The notes beneath the pieces are model-generated. The model worked only from the letters and a program-made list of their open reading frames with translations. It did not search any database and was not told where the DNA came from. Positions 47,961 through 56,761 of a stretch of DNA of 64,000 nucleotides are shown here, piece by piece. The first letter of the stretch is position 1; each line of letters starts with the position of its first letter. A program made the position numbers and the translations under genes. Origin of the DNA: an uncultured Butyrivibrio sp. (GTDB taxonomy: Bacteria > Bacillota > Clostridia > Lachnospirales > Lachnospiraceae); the NCBI GenBank assembly GCA_946624415.1, contig CAMOSB010000002.1, positions 38,534 through 102,533 on the forward strand. The letters run 5' to 3'.

Positions 47961-48472
47961 CTGGATCCCTCCGGATCTATCATATCTATCCTGGTAAAAT
48001 ACTCAGTGTCATTCTCATGATGGATATATGCGCCGTTCTTAAGCTGAACCTTGAGGCTTGCCGGGTTATCCTTGTTCACGGAAAGATATGCCTCGTGAAT
48101 TCCCTTCTCCCTGGCCTTGTCTAGTGTCAGCGCAAGTCCCTTAGTTGCATAGCCCTTTCCCCTGAACTTTTTGGAAATGCAATAGCCTATGTGCCCGGGA
48201 CCTTCCCTTAAAAAGTCGTTCAGATAGTGCCTTAGGTTAAAAACTCCCACGTACTCCCCATCGTCGCACAGCACATAAGTGGTATCAGCCACAAAGCCTT
48301 CCGGCAGTTCCTTCCCCAAGGACCAGTTGCGCTTCATTTCGATCCATGTAAGGAACCTGTCATAATCAAAACCATACACGTTGTTCATGTAGCCGTTCTC
48401 GTTCTCGGGAAAACTCATGTAAAGATCGTAAGTCTTTTTGTAATCTGAATCCTGAACCCTGATAAGCTCCAT
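47888..48472 (-). CDS. GNAT acetyltransferase (RimJ/L-like)
   Basis: NLRHYLN..L..GPGHIGY.I...RGKGYA, N.AS.K...NG; AAGGAGG RBS. Confidence 0.88.
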   Translation of the reverse strand: MELIRVQDSDYKKTYDLYMSFPENENGYMNNVYGFDYDRFLTWIEMKRNWSLGKELPEGFVADTTYVLCDDGEYVGVFNLRHYLNDFLREGPGHIGYCISKKFRGKGYATKGLALTLDKAREKGIHEAYLSVNKDNPASLKVQLKNGAYIHHENDTEYFTRIDMIDPEGSREKIISDFYGQYVEDDRLQRTVQG

Positions 48473-48534
48473 ACCAGCTCCTCCTTTATACAATTAAACC
48501 TCATCAAACGTAGTTCAATGAGGTTTAGCATTCT

Positions 48535-49056
48535 TTATTCTCCGGCAACTTCCCGGTCATTATTTCTTTCTTTGATCATCTTATAGAGTGTGATTCCGTT
48601 GGTGACAACTGTAGCGCCATCAAAAAATGCTCCTGTGTAGGACTTCAAAACGAAGTGATAGATCATCCACGGAACAAAGGACAAGGTCACCAAAAGCTTG
48701 AACTTAACAGGATCCTTAACATCCATAAAGATGATGTAGGCTGTGCAAACGACAGCAGGAATCACGCCAAGCCATCCCTGCTCGTTCAAAACAATTGTCA
48801 TGGCTATGGAAGCAACGATCAGTATCACTTTCCATACAGTGTTCAGCTTCTCTTTATAGCAGAGGTAATTTCTGAAGCAGGAAAGCACGTTGCTGACTGC
48901 GCCGGTAACACCTCCCAGCAGCAGCATACTCACAGCCTGCATAAGGAGCTGGACAATCTGGACTATCAGTATCTTTGTCTTTTGTTTGATAGCTCCCGAT
49001 CCCACCTGGACCATGGCTGCCACGAAATCAATTATGTTTGCTATTACTATGTTCAT
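48535..49056 (-). CDS. YgjV family membrane protein
   Basis: LLLGGVTGA..N...RN, PWMIYHF. Confidence 0.75.
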   Translation of the reverse strand: MNIVIANIIDFVAAMVQVGSGAIKQKTKILIVQIVQLLMQAVSMLLLGGVTGAVSNVLSCFRNYLCYKEKLNTVWKVILIVASIAMTIVLNEQGWLGVIPAVVCTAYIIFMDVKDPVKFKLLVTLSFVPWMIYHFVLKSYTGAFFDGATVVTNGITLYKMIKERNNDREVAGE

Positions 49057-49166
49057 GAAACTTCTTGTATCCTCTCAATTTTTGTATCAATTAGTACATT
49101 ATACTCAAATCGGTGGACTCATTCCATACCTTATTTCCATGAACTTATTCTCTCAGGGAAAAGAGC

Positions 49167-49559
49167 TTACTCCAGCCCCAGCACTTCTCCGTAAATCATT
49201 ACGGCGTTCCTTACGCACTCCTCGCAGGGACAAAGGGGCTTTCCGTCGGTCATAGCCTTTAAATCACCGCACTTTATTGCTCCGCATCTTCTGCCAAACT
49301 CCTCCTGGATCATCCTTGTGGTTCCAAGAGTTCCACGACCTTCAGTCTTAAGGCCCGCGATCATCCCTGCTCCTATAAGGGCTCCACAGGTTGCCTGAAG
49401 GTTGCCCATTCCGGCGCAGAAGCCTGCAGAGATCTGCTTAAGCTGCTCCTCAGTAAGATTAGTTTCATCAGCAAGTGCTGCTGTCACTGACTGTGCACAG
49501 TTGTACATGCCGGAATTCTTTAACTCTACTGCCCTCTCAGCTCTTTCATTTAATGTCAT
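49167..49559 (-). CDS. C-GCAxxG-C-C family putative redox protein
   Basis: YNCAQSV, GFCAGMG..TCGALIG, CGAIKC, C..C. Confidence 0.88.
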   Translation of the reverse strand: MTLNERAERAVELKNSGMYNCAQSVTAALADETNLTEEQLKQISAGFCAGMGNLQATCGALIGAGMIAGLKTEGRGTLGTTRMIQEEFGRRCGAIKCGDLKAMTDGKPLCPCEECVRNAVMIYGEVLGLE

Positions 49560-49561
49560 GA

Positions 49562-50155
49562 TTATCTCCTTTCCTTTGCCTTTAACTTGCATATCCCCTG
49601 GGTCATGGTTCCCATGGGACAGAACGAACACCAGGTGCGCTCCTTGTACAGTGCCATCACGATAAGGCCAATCAGTGTTGATGTCAGCATAAGGCTGTAG
49701 AAGCCAAAGCCAAACTGCGCCACCCAGTCGGGAAATATACTACCATTATAAGCCCATTTCCACGGCACTTTAAATGTCCAAAACAGTTTTATGGCCTTAC
49801 GAAGAGTCCCTGCTCCTGAGAACACCATGTAAGTCTGGAAGATCATGGTGCCAAACATGGTCAGGAAGAATACCAGGAATCCGTATCTGAACCACTTTGA
49901 AGAAATCCAGCCCGGTGCCTGTTTTCTTCTGGAGAGCTTAAGGTTCCTTCCAAGGATCCAGAACAGCTGGCCCCTTCCGCACATGTGATTGCAGAACCAC
50001 TTGTTTCCGCCTGCGATGGCAAAGATCAGCGGAAGGATAAAATCTATCATTCCAAGCCAAGCAAAAAGGATATTGAAAAATCCCAATGCAAAGTACAAAA
50101 TTGACCACATCCACAGGTAATCATACCAATGGCTCTTTCTTATTGAAGTCTTCAT
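49562..50155 (-). CDS. membrane 4Fe-4S binding protein (NapH/YccM-like)
   Basis: WFCNHMCGRG, RTWCSFCPMG; TM helices. Confidence 0.85.
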   Translation of the reverse strand: MKTSIRKSHWYDYLWMWSILYFALGFFNILFAWLGMIDFILPLIFAIAGGNKWFCNHMCGRGQLFWILGRNLKLSRRKQAPGWISSKWFRYGFLVFFLTMFGTMIFQTYMVFSGAGTLRKAIKLFWTFKVPWKWAYNGSIFPDWVAQFGFGFYSLMLTSTLIGLIVMALYKERTWCSFCPMGTMTQGICKLKAKERR

Positions 50156-50352
50156 TTCACCGCTCCTTCCATCTCACTCACCTTTATTGATCCCGCAGGA
50201 CATGCCTTTTCACAGATTCCGCATCCCACGCAGGCAGAAACATCAGCCACTGCATAGCAGCCCCTGTATATCTCTATTGCCTGGCGTGGACACTGTGACG
50301 CGCAAACTCCGCAGGCAACACATCTGTTAATATCGTTAGCTGCCTTTCTCAT
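50152..50352 (-). CDS. 2[4Fe-4S] ferredoxin
   Basis: CVACGVCASQCP, CVGCGICEKACP. Confidence 0.92.
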   Translation of the reverse strand: MRKAANDINRCVACGVCASQCPRQAIEIYRGCYAVADVSACVGCGICEKACPAGSIKVSEMEGAVK

Positions 50353-50464
50353 TTATAAAATCTCCTTTTCCACTTGCTTTTCAAAACCGATAGTCTTATT
50401 ATATGTGGTATAAAAAACATATCAAGTACGCAGATAATATGAACCTGGTAAGGAAAAGTATACT

Positions 50465-50809
50465 ATGAGTAAAATAGCCAAAAAGGAACCATTATGTGAA
50501 GACATCGCCGGAAAAGGCTGTGGTCTTAAGAAGGTAATTGACATTGTCGGAGGCAAATGGAAGATCATGATCCTTTGCGTCATCGACAACAAAGAGGTAG
50601 TGCGCTACGGGGAGCTTACCCGCGCAGTTTCAGGCATCACCAACACCATGCTTGCCAACTCGTTAAAAGAGCTTGAGGCAGACGGTCTGGTGGAGCGCAA
50701 GCAGTACGACGAGATGCCCGTCCGCGTGGAATACAATCTCACTGAAAAAGCAAAAAGCCTCATCCCCATTCTTCTCGAACTGAAAAAATGGGGTGAGGAC
50801 AATCTGTAA
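50465..50809 (+). CDS. HxlR family transcriptional regulator
   Basis: C...IVGGKWK.MIL, L...LKELE.DGLV.R..Y...P.RVEY.LT. Confidence 0.92.
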   Translation: MSKIAKKEPLCEDIAGKGCGLKKVIDIVGGKWKIMILCVIDNKEVVRYGELTRAVSGITNTMLANSLKELEADGLVERKQYDEMPVRVEYNLTEKAKSLIPILLELKKWGEDNL

Positions 50810-50844
50810 AAAGAACTATCAATATTTTATAAGCACTTCCCGTC

Positions 50845-51117
50845 TCAGTATCTGACGCCGAAGCTGCGCTCATCAGGATCCGGTTCAAGCCGGGTCCTTC
50901 CTATTCTGTCGATGCTTATGAACCGTCCCCGGCTGATGGTGGCAATGAACTGTTCTATGGCATCATCTTCGCCCTGGACCTCGCAGGTCACAGAGCCGTC
51001 GTATTCATTTTTCACATATCCTGTAAGTCTGTACATGTTGGCCGCGTGGGAGGCTGTGTACCTGAACCCAACTCCCTGTACCATACCGTAGAATCTGAGT
51101 CTGTATCTCTTTTCCAT
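50845..51117 (-). CDS. acyP: acylphosphatase
   Basis: G.VQGVGFR, GYVKN..DGSV. Confidence 0.9.
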   Translation of the reverse strand: MEKRYRLRFYGMVQGVGFRYTASHAANMYRLTGYVKNEYDGSVTCEVQGEDDAIEQFIATISRGRFISIDRIGRTRLEPDPDERSFGVRY

Positions 51118-51129
51118 GATAAGAGCCCC

Positions 51130-52149
51130 TTATGCAATCCCCAGATACTTCATCAGGACCTCAAGTCCTTCCATGGGAACGCAGAATATCCCGCCTTTGT
51201 CCTTGCTGGCATCGCGCTTCTTGCAGCCATCGCGGACTTCTTCAATGTCAAACCACTTCACTTCTTCGACTTCCTCTTTCTGGAGGTTTAGCTCTTTTAT
51301 CTCAACGGGCTTATCGTAGACATAGACAAAGGCAATCTCGTTATCCCTGAAGGGCTTACCGTGGAACTCCATCTCATAATTTATATGGAACCTTCCGGCA
51401 AAAGAAAGATCGCCGTCTTTTGCAGCTATCCCAAGCTCCTCACAAAGCTCCCTCTTTGCAGACTGAAGTGGCTCATCCCCTGCCTGGATGTGGCCTGCAG
51501 AGGAGGTGTCGTACAATCCGGGAAAAGAATCTTTTTCCGCACTTCTCTTTTGAAGAAGAACCTCGTAGCTATCGCCCTTTCTTCTAACCACCCAGATGTG
51601 GGCAGTCCTGTGAGGGATTCCCTTGTCGTGGGCAACGCTCCTTTCTACGACTTCTCCCGTGGGAGTTCCCTCGTCATCTGTTATGTCGAAATACTCCGGC
51701 ACAGGGTTTTCCTTGATGTACTGTTCCAGAATCTCAGCTGCATCTCCGATTATCTCAGGACAGGGGCGCTTCTGGTAATACTCCTTCGTTCTGGCTTCAG
51801 GGGTTGGTACATCGTGGCGAACACTAAGTCCCAGCATCTCGCGACATACTATAGATCCGTGCTCCTCTTCAAACCTTCGGGCAAGCTCCTGAATCCTTGC
51901 ATAGTGCCGGGCTTTGACATCTCCGGTCTCAGGACCGTCATACCCATACAGAAAACCTGCCACCATGAACATGCCACTAACAGCACCGCATACTTCCCGG
52001 AGCCTTCCCATGCCTCCGCCAAAGGAGGATGCCATCTTTGACGCGACCTTTCCATCTATCGGAAGCAGATCCTCGAAGGCCAGCACTATGGACTGGGAGC
52101 AATTATATCCCTTCATAAAGTTAGCCTTTGCTATCTCTCTACGTGTCAT
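51130..52149 (-). CDS. C-GCAxxG-C-C domain fused to NUDIX hydrolase (IDI-like)
   Basis: GYNCSQS..FGGGMG..CGAVSG..C..C; H..G..HRTAH, LLQKRS..K..PG.YD.S.AGH..AGD....A.REL.EELG. Confidence 0.88.
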   Translation of the reverse strand: MTRREIAKANFMKGYNCSQSIVLAFEDLLPIDGKVASKMASSFGGGMGRLREVCGAVSGMFMVAGFLYGYDGPETGDVKARHYARIQELARRFEEEHGSIVCREMLGLSVRHDVPTPEARTKEYYQKRPCPEIIGDAAEILEQYIKENPVPEYFDITDDEGTPTGEVVERSVAHDKGIPHRTAHIWVVRRKGDSYEVLLQKRSAEKDSFPGLYDTSSAGHIQAGDEPLQSAKRELCEELGIAAKDGDLSFAGRFHINYEMEFHGKPFRDNEIAFVYVYDKPVEIKELNLQKEEVEEVKWFDIEEVRDGCKKRDASKDKGGIFCVPMEGLEVLMKYLGIA

Positions 52150-52757
52150 GCTTTGTTTCCTTTCGCAACGATCTCTTTTATTGCCTTCCAGTCAAATACG
52201 CGGGTGTAATTATCGCCCGGAAATTCGCAGTCCTGATTCCAGGGGCGGTCAATCACCAGAACCTTAAGCTCCGGAAGGTGTTCAAAGAATCTGAATGCCT
52301 TGGGAGAATCCTCGATGGCATAGTCAAAGTGCATCTTGTAATAATCTTCCAGCTCAAGACCATACTCACGGTTCCTGTAGAAGCTGTCATGGCCGTACTT
52401 GTTCAGACAAAAGAGCTTTACTCGCTCCATGCCGTGTCCATCAAGCCACTTTCTTGAAGCTTCATAAGCCCCGGAGGGACGACCGGTTATAATGTACACT
52501 TCATGTCCTTCATCAATCCAGCTGTTAATGGTCTGCCTGGCTCCCGGAGTCTCCTCATAGGAAAGAAGGGCTTCGGGTTTATGGGCCTTTATCATCATCT
52601 CTTCAAACTGCTCCTTTGTCAGGGAAAAGGACTTGTCCAGATCAAAGCATGTGATCTCTTCGTAGGGCACGTTCCTTCCAAACATCTCTGCCACCAGTGC
52701 AGTGAAGTACCTGGCTGTCTCGGAAATGCAATCATCAAAATCCACATATATTTTCAT
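52146..52757 (-). CDS. HAD-superfamily 5'(3')-nucleotidase-like protein
   Basis: YVDFDD, ITGRP, IEDSP, RPWN. Confidence 0.82.
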   Translation of the reverse strand: MKIYVDFDDCISETARYFTALVAEMFGRNVPYEEITCFDLDKSFSLTKEQFEEMMIKAHKPEALLSYEETPGARQTINSWIDEGHEVYIITGRPSGAYEASRKWLDGHGMERVKLFCLNKYGHDSFYRNREYGLELEDYYKMHFDYAIEDSPKAFRFFEHLPELKVLVIDRPWNQDCEFPGDNYTRVFDWKAIKEIVAKGNKA

Positions 52758-52956
52758 AGTTTTAATCTCCTCTAGATATTGATTATACGCGAAACTTTAT
52801 TTCCTGCCACATGGACTTTATTGAAATTTTATTTTATTTTCACCCTTTTTTCCGTTTGCCATCTTCACAGTTTCGTCACATTTTGCTATATTGAAACACG
52901 TGGTTCGCAATGACCGGGTTCATTGCCTGCAATTTCTTATGAGGAGGGGATATGGT

Positions 52957-53226
52957 ATGACTACATACGAAACAATTTCTTATGAAAACAAAAAATATCT
53001 TGGAAGGTGGATTTCCGTTATGGGCAATTTGTACTTGATGGTAGACGAATCCCTTGCGGACAAGATCAAGGGGAAGCACCTTAGCAAAAAGGCGCAAAAA
53101 AGCCTTCCGGATGTCAATGTTTTACTCTATTCACCAGTGGAGATGCTCTTCGAAAATGAGGACGTAATCAACAATTACGCGGAGATGCAGTTGATCGAAT
53201 CAGAGTTTCATAAGAAGTATGCTTAA
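52957..53226 (+). CDS. hypothetical protein
   Basis: GAGGAGG RBS, followed by a terminator. Confidence 0.6.
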   Translation: MTTYETISYENKKYLGRWISVMGNLYLMVDESLADKIKGKHLSKKAQKSLPDVNVLLYSPVEMLFENEDVINNYAEMQLIESEFHKKYA

Positions 53227-53281
53227 TTACCTGATCAGATTTTAGTGGAGAATCATCAGATAAAAAAGCAATAAGAGGGGA

Positions 53282-53328
53282 CCCTTCAGCGCTGGACGAA
53301 TCAGCCACTGAAGGGATTTTTTGTTTTT
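53282..53328 (+). terminator. terminator
   Basis: CCCTTCAG..CTGAAGGG followed by T-tract. Confidence 0.65.
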
Positions 53329-53420
53329 AGGAATAAATATTTTTATGTAAATTAGATTGTGTACAATCTTTTTAACCATAATATATCTCCCGCCTGAAAA
53401 AGTCAAGCGGGAGCTTTTCA

Positions 53421-54179
53421 TTAATTACAGTTACATACTTCTTCTCTGATGATTTCAAGAAGCGATGTATCAAGTTCTTCGTCTGTATCACAGCACTTTG
53501 GCTGGAAGCTACATTCACCTATGGGTGCCTTCAAAAGCTCTTTTGCCCAAAGAGCTGCCAGGGCATAACGGCCATAGAGAAAATGCATATGGAAGCCGTC
53601 ACGGCAGATGGATCTGCCTCCCTTTGCTACGTCAAACTCAGGATGCTTCCTGATATTCTGGATCAGATCTCCGCAGGGGATCAGGGGAATGTTGTACTTC
53701 TCGACGATGGTGTGGTAATTGGCCCGGGACCTTCTGTACATCTCCTGCTGGTCGCGATTGTAGCGGATGAAACATCCGTGGTCGCTGTCTATCTCGTAGG
53801 CCCAGGTCTGCTGCATACAGATCTGCGCACCGGGAACTTCCTTCCTTAGATAATCGAAAAGTAACCCTGTAAAAGGCTCGTAGGTATCAAGCCATCCGCT
53901 GTCATGGCTGGACTGCTGGGTCACGATATAGTCCCAGGGCTTGCTGTGAAGGATCTCTGAGATGCTGACATATCTGTCGGTTTCAACACCGTTTTCCTGA
54001 TACTGATATGCATGATCATCTCGCTCCACATTGCTCCAGTGGCGTTCCAAAGCACAGCCGCCTATATACAGATTCACCACGTGAACAGGGATATCCATAC
54101 TCTTGCAGATATCGTAAAGGTAAGCTGTTGCATCTCGGGAAAAGCTGTTGCCAATTGCCAGAATATACGTTGTCTTCAT
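53421..54179 (-). CDS. DUF4886 SGNH-like hydrolase
   Basis: ILAIGNSFS, LYIGGC.L..H, QTWAY, DGFH. Confidence 0.85.
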   Translation of the reverse strand: MKTTYILAIGNSFSRDATAYLYDICKSMDIPVHVVNLYIGGCALERHWSNVERDDHAYQYQENGVETDRYVSISEILHSKPWDYIVTQQSSHDSGWLDTYEPFTGLLFDYLRKEVPGAQICMQQTWAYEIDSDHGCFIRYNRDQQEMYRRSRANYHTIVEKYNIPLIPCGDLIQNIRKHPEFDVAKGGRSICRDGFHMHFLYGRYALAALWAKELLKAPIGECSFQPKCCDTDEELDTSLLEIIREEVCNCN

Positions 54180-54248
54180 ACCATCCTCCATACTTTTACT
54201 AACACCGTTTTTCCCATGGTAACACACTCAGCCTGATTTTACACTGAT

Positions 54249-56621
54249 TTATGCAGCGCCTTCCGCCTCATATTCCTCAACCAGGCTGTCATAGGCTCCA
54301 ATGGCCTTATCAAAGCGCTCCATTACCTCCTTAGCCTTATACAATCCATTGGCGTCAGCATTTAATCCCTTGAGCTTCAGACTGTAGATTCCGGGCGGAT
54401 TATCATCAGTTAAAAGAGACATCTGCTGAAGCTGCTCTGTCTTCTGGTAGACCAGATCAAGACTTATGAATTCCTGACCGTCCTTGTCCTTCCACTTACT
54501 GATAACAAGCTTTCCTCCTATGGGCGTCTTCTCAATTGTTCCGGGAAGGCTGTAATCCTCAACCTCCAAAGCTGACATGACACTTGCCAGATTGGAATCA
54601 TGACCGCACAGGAAGGTGAACTGCCTGCCGTCTGTTGTCAGTTCTTTTTTCATCTCCTCAAGAAGTGGGTGTGCCACATTCACAGCTACAGATGGGGTTG
54701 AAAAGAGAACGTCGCCGTATACATCCTTTACTTCGGAGATAGCCTGCCAGTCTGCCTCTGAAAGGTCATGGTCAAAGGCTGCCTTAACAGGATCCGGTTC
54801 CTCAAAGTACTGAAGTACCAGCGCATCTGAAATCTGGCATGCAGTCTTAAGTGAACCTTTCACTGAAGGTTCTTTTCCCTCTTCAAAAGAAAATTCGCTG
54901 TCACCTGCGTTAAATCCGGAAAAGGTACCGTTCTTGAAATTCTCAGAGTCCTTGGCATCGATCACCTGAGAAATCAGGTCGTAGTTATCAGATAGACCCG
55001 CTATTGCGTCACCATAGATACTGTTGATCTCAGCCTCAGCGTCTTTTGCGTAGTCCTCAGACATATATGTGAACACCGGATTGAACACAGGATCCATGGT
55101 ATCAAAATCGGCATGGTATTCAACTTCAGAGCCGGCAACAGGAAGCAGTCCCGATGAAAAGAACTCTGCCGTGGCTATAGTTCTTTGCTTGGAGTTTGAG
55201 TAGATACGAACTGCTCCTTCTTTTGGCTGATAGTTTGGTTCAAAGAGGCCTTCTGCCTCAAGCCAGTTTCTGAAGTACTGTCCCATCTCAGTTTCAAGGG
55301 TACCTCCTCTTACCGAGAGCTGGCTGGCAGGTGCCGACCACTCAAACCACTTGTGAGGAGTTATGGTATCAAGAGCAGACCCTTCCCCTGAAAGCGGAGC
55401 ACGGATGTTGTGCCTGCTAAGGACTACTGCCTGCTCCAGGCTATAGCCCTCCCTGGAAAGAGAGGTCAGTGTGTTTTCATCAGTCACATCACTGTCACTG
55501 CCCGAAGCCTCTACACTCTGATTCGGGAAGGGAATGATGTTGCTTCCATCCGCTGACAGTTCATAATCAGGCTCTATATACTGCTGTGCAGCTCTTTTAA
55601 TCGGCTCAGGATAGATCTCCAGAAAGTCGTTTTTCATGGAGATGGGAACATAGCCCTGTTCCTTGTAGGCTGCTGATTTTTCTTCCCAATCCTGCTTCCC
55701 CCATTCTCTTACATCATCGTCTGCCACTACCATGTAGGCTTCAGAAGGATATGGGTTTCTGCTGTCTAGGGCGTAGTTCATCATGCTGGTGTCGCTGCCA
55801 CTGTTTCCAAAGGCAAGAACAGGGTACTGGCCAATCTCACGCTCAACCCAGATAGTCTTGTTGGCATTCAGGTTCTTCTGAATAAAACCGCCGGTGAAAA
55901 CAAGCTCATCTCCGTCAGCATACTTAAAATCCATGTTTGAAGGAACATCTTCGTAGCCCTTTACTTTGACTTCAAACTCAGTTCCGATTACATGGGCCGG
56001 ATCAACATATTCTTTGATAGGGGAGTTGGCAACGATGGCTCTGGTGGTGGTGCGCTCCGTCCCACTGATTACATAGATAGTAAAGTCGTTGTCATAAAGA
56101 TATTTTACTACTTCAACCATTGGCTCATAAAAGCCGTCGATGTAGCGCATGTTCTCAAAGCTGTCGGTCTGTTTCTGCCCAAACTCTACAGCGTAGTCAT
56201 AGAGCTCTTTTACGGTCATGCCGGCGTAAGCCTTAGCAAAATTCCTTGCAAGTTCTTCGCCTGCAGTGTAACCGGGCTGGATTTCCAGCGCTGCTGCCTT
56301 AAGCTCATCAGAAACTTTTTCCGGATGGTCGATCAGACAGTAATTGATGAACATCATAGTATCGTAGTAAGTATAGAAGGTTTCACAGGTGAGGGTTCCG
56401 TCCATGTCAAAGACGGCGATACGATCCTCCACCGGGATAAAATTCTCTGTATCCTTTTTGTTGGTAACCTTCGTCACATAGTTTCGAAGGCTCTGTGCTG
56501 CCTGGGAATCTGCTGTCCAGTAGGTTGAAAGGGCCTTAGCATTTCCCTTCCCACATCCTGTGACCCCTACGCAGCAAAGTAGCAGTGCAGCAACAAGGAT
56601 AATTGATAATGCTCTTTTCAT
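54249..56621 (-). CDS. lipoprotein fusing a HAD hydrolase and a histidine acid phosphatase (Agp/phytase-like)
   Basis: Lipobox VTGC; FDMDGT, ISG, GNSGSD; SRHNIRAP, QRT.AT, CGHDSN, TPIGGKLV. Confidence 0.88.
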   Translation of the reverse strand: MKRALSIILVAALLLCCVGVTGCGKGNAKALSTYWTADSQAAQSLRNYVTKVTNKKDTENFIPVEDRIAVFDMDGTLTCETFYTYYDTMMFINYCLIDHPEKVSDELKAAALEIQPGYTAGEELARNFAKAYAGMTVKELYDYAVEFGQKQTDSFENMRYIDGFYEPMVEVVKYLYDNDFTIYVISGTERTTTRAIVANSPIKEYVDPAHVIGTEFEVKVKGYEDVPSNMDFKYADGDELVFTGGFIQKNLNANKTIWVEREIGQYPVLAFGNSGSDTSMMNYALDSRNPYPSEAYMVVADDDVREWGKQDWEEKSAAYKEQGYVPISMKNDFLEIYPEPIKRAAQQYIEPDYELSADGSNIIPFPNQSVEASGSDSDVTDENTLTSLSREGYSLEQAVVLSRHNIRAPLSGEGSALDTITPHKWFEWSAPASQLSVRGGTLETEMGQYFRNWLEAEGLFEPNYQPKEGAVRIYSNSKQRTIATAEFFSSGLLPVAGSEVEYHADFDTMDPVFNPVFTYMSEDYAKDAEAEINSIYGDAIAGLSDNYDLISQVIDAKDSENFKNGTFSGFNAGDSEFSFEEGKEPSVKGSLKTACQISDALVLQYFEEPDPVKAAFDHDLSEADWQAISEVKDVYGDVLFSTPSVAVNVAHPLLEEMKKELTTDGRQFTFLCGHDSNLASVMSALEVEDYSLPGTIEKTPIGGKLVISKWKDKDGQEFISLDLVYQKTEQLQQMSLLTDDNPPGIYSLKLKGLNADANGLYKAKEVMERFDKAIGAYDSLVEEYEAEGAA

Positions 56622-56761
56622 TAGTATTTCCTCCTTGGTCGATACTTCCTTTAAAAATCCTCTGTTTATCGACCATCACATTTTCAATTATCCTATAATT
56701 TTGCACACTGAATTATTAAATTAGCATAAAATCTATAGCGGGACTCTCGTCCGTTCAGAGC

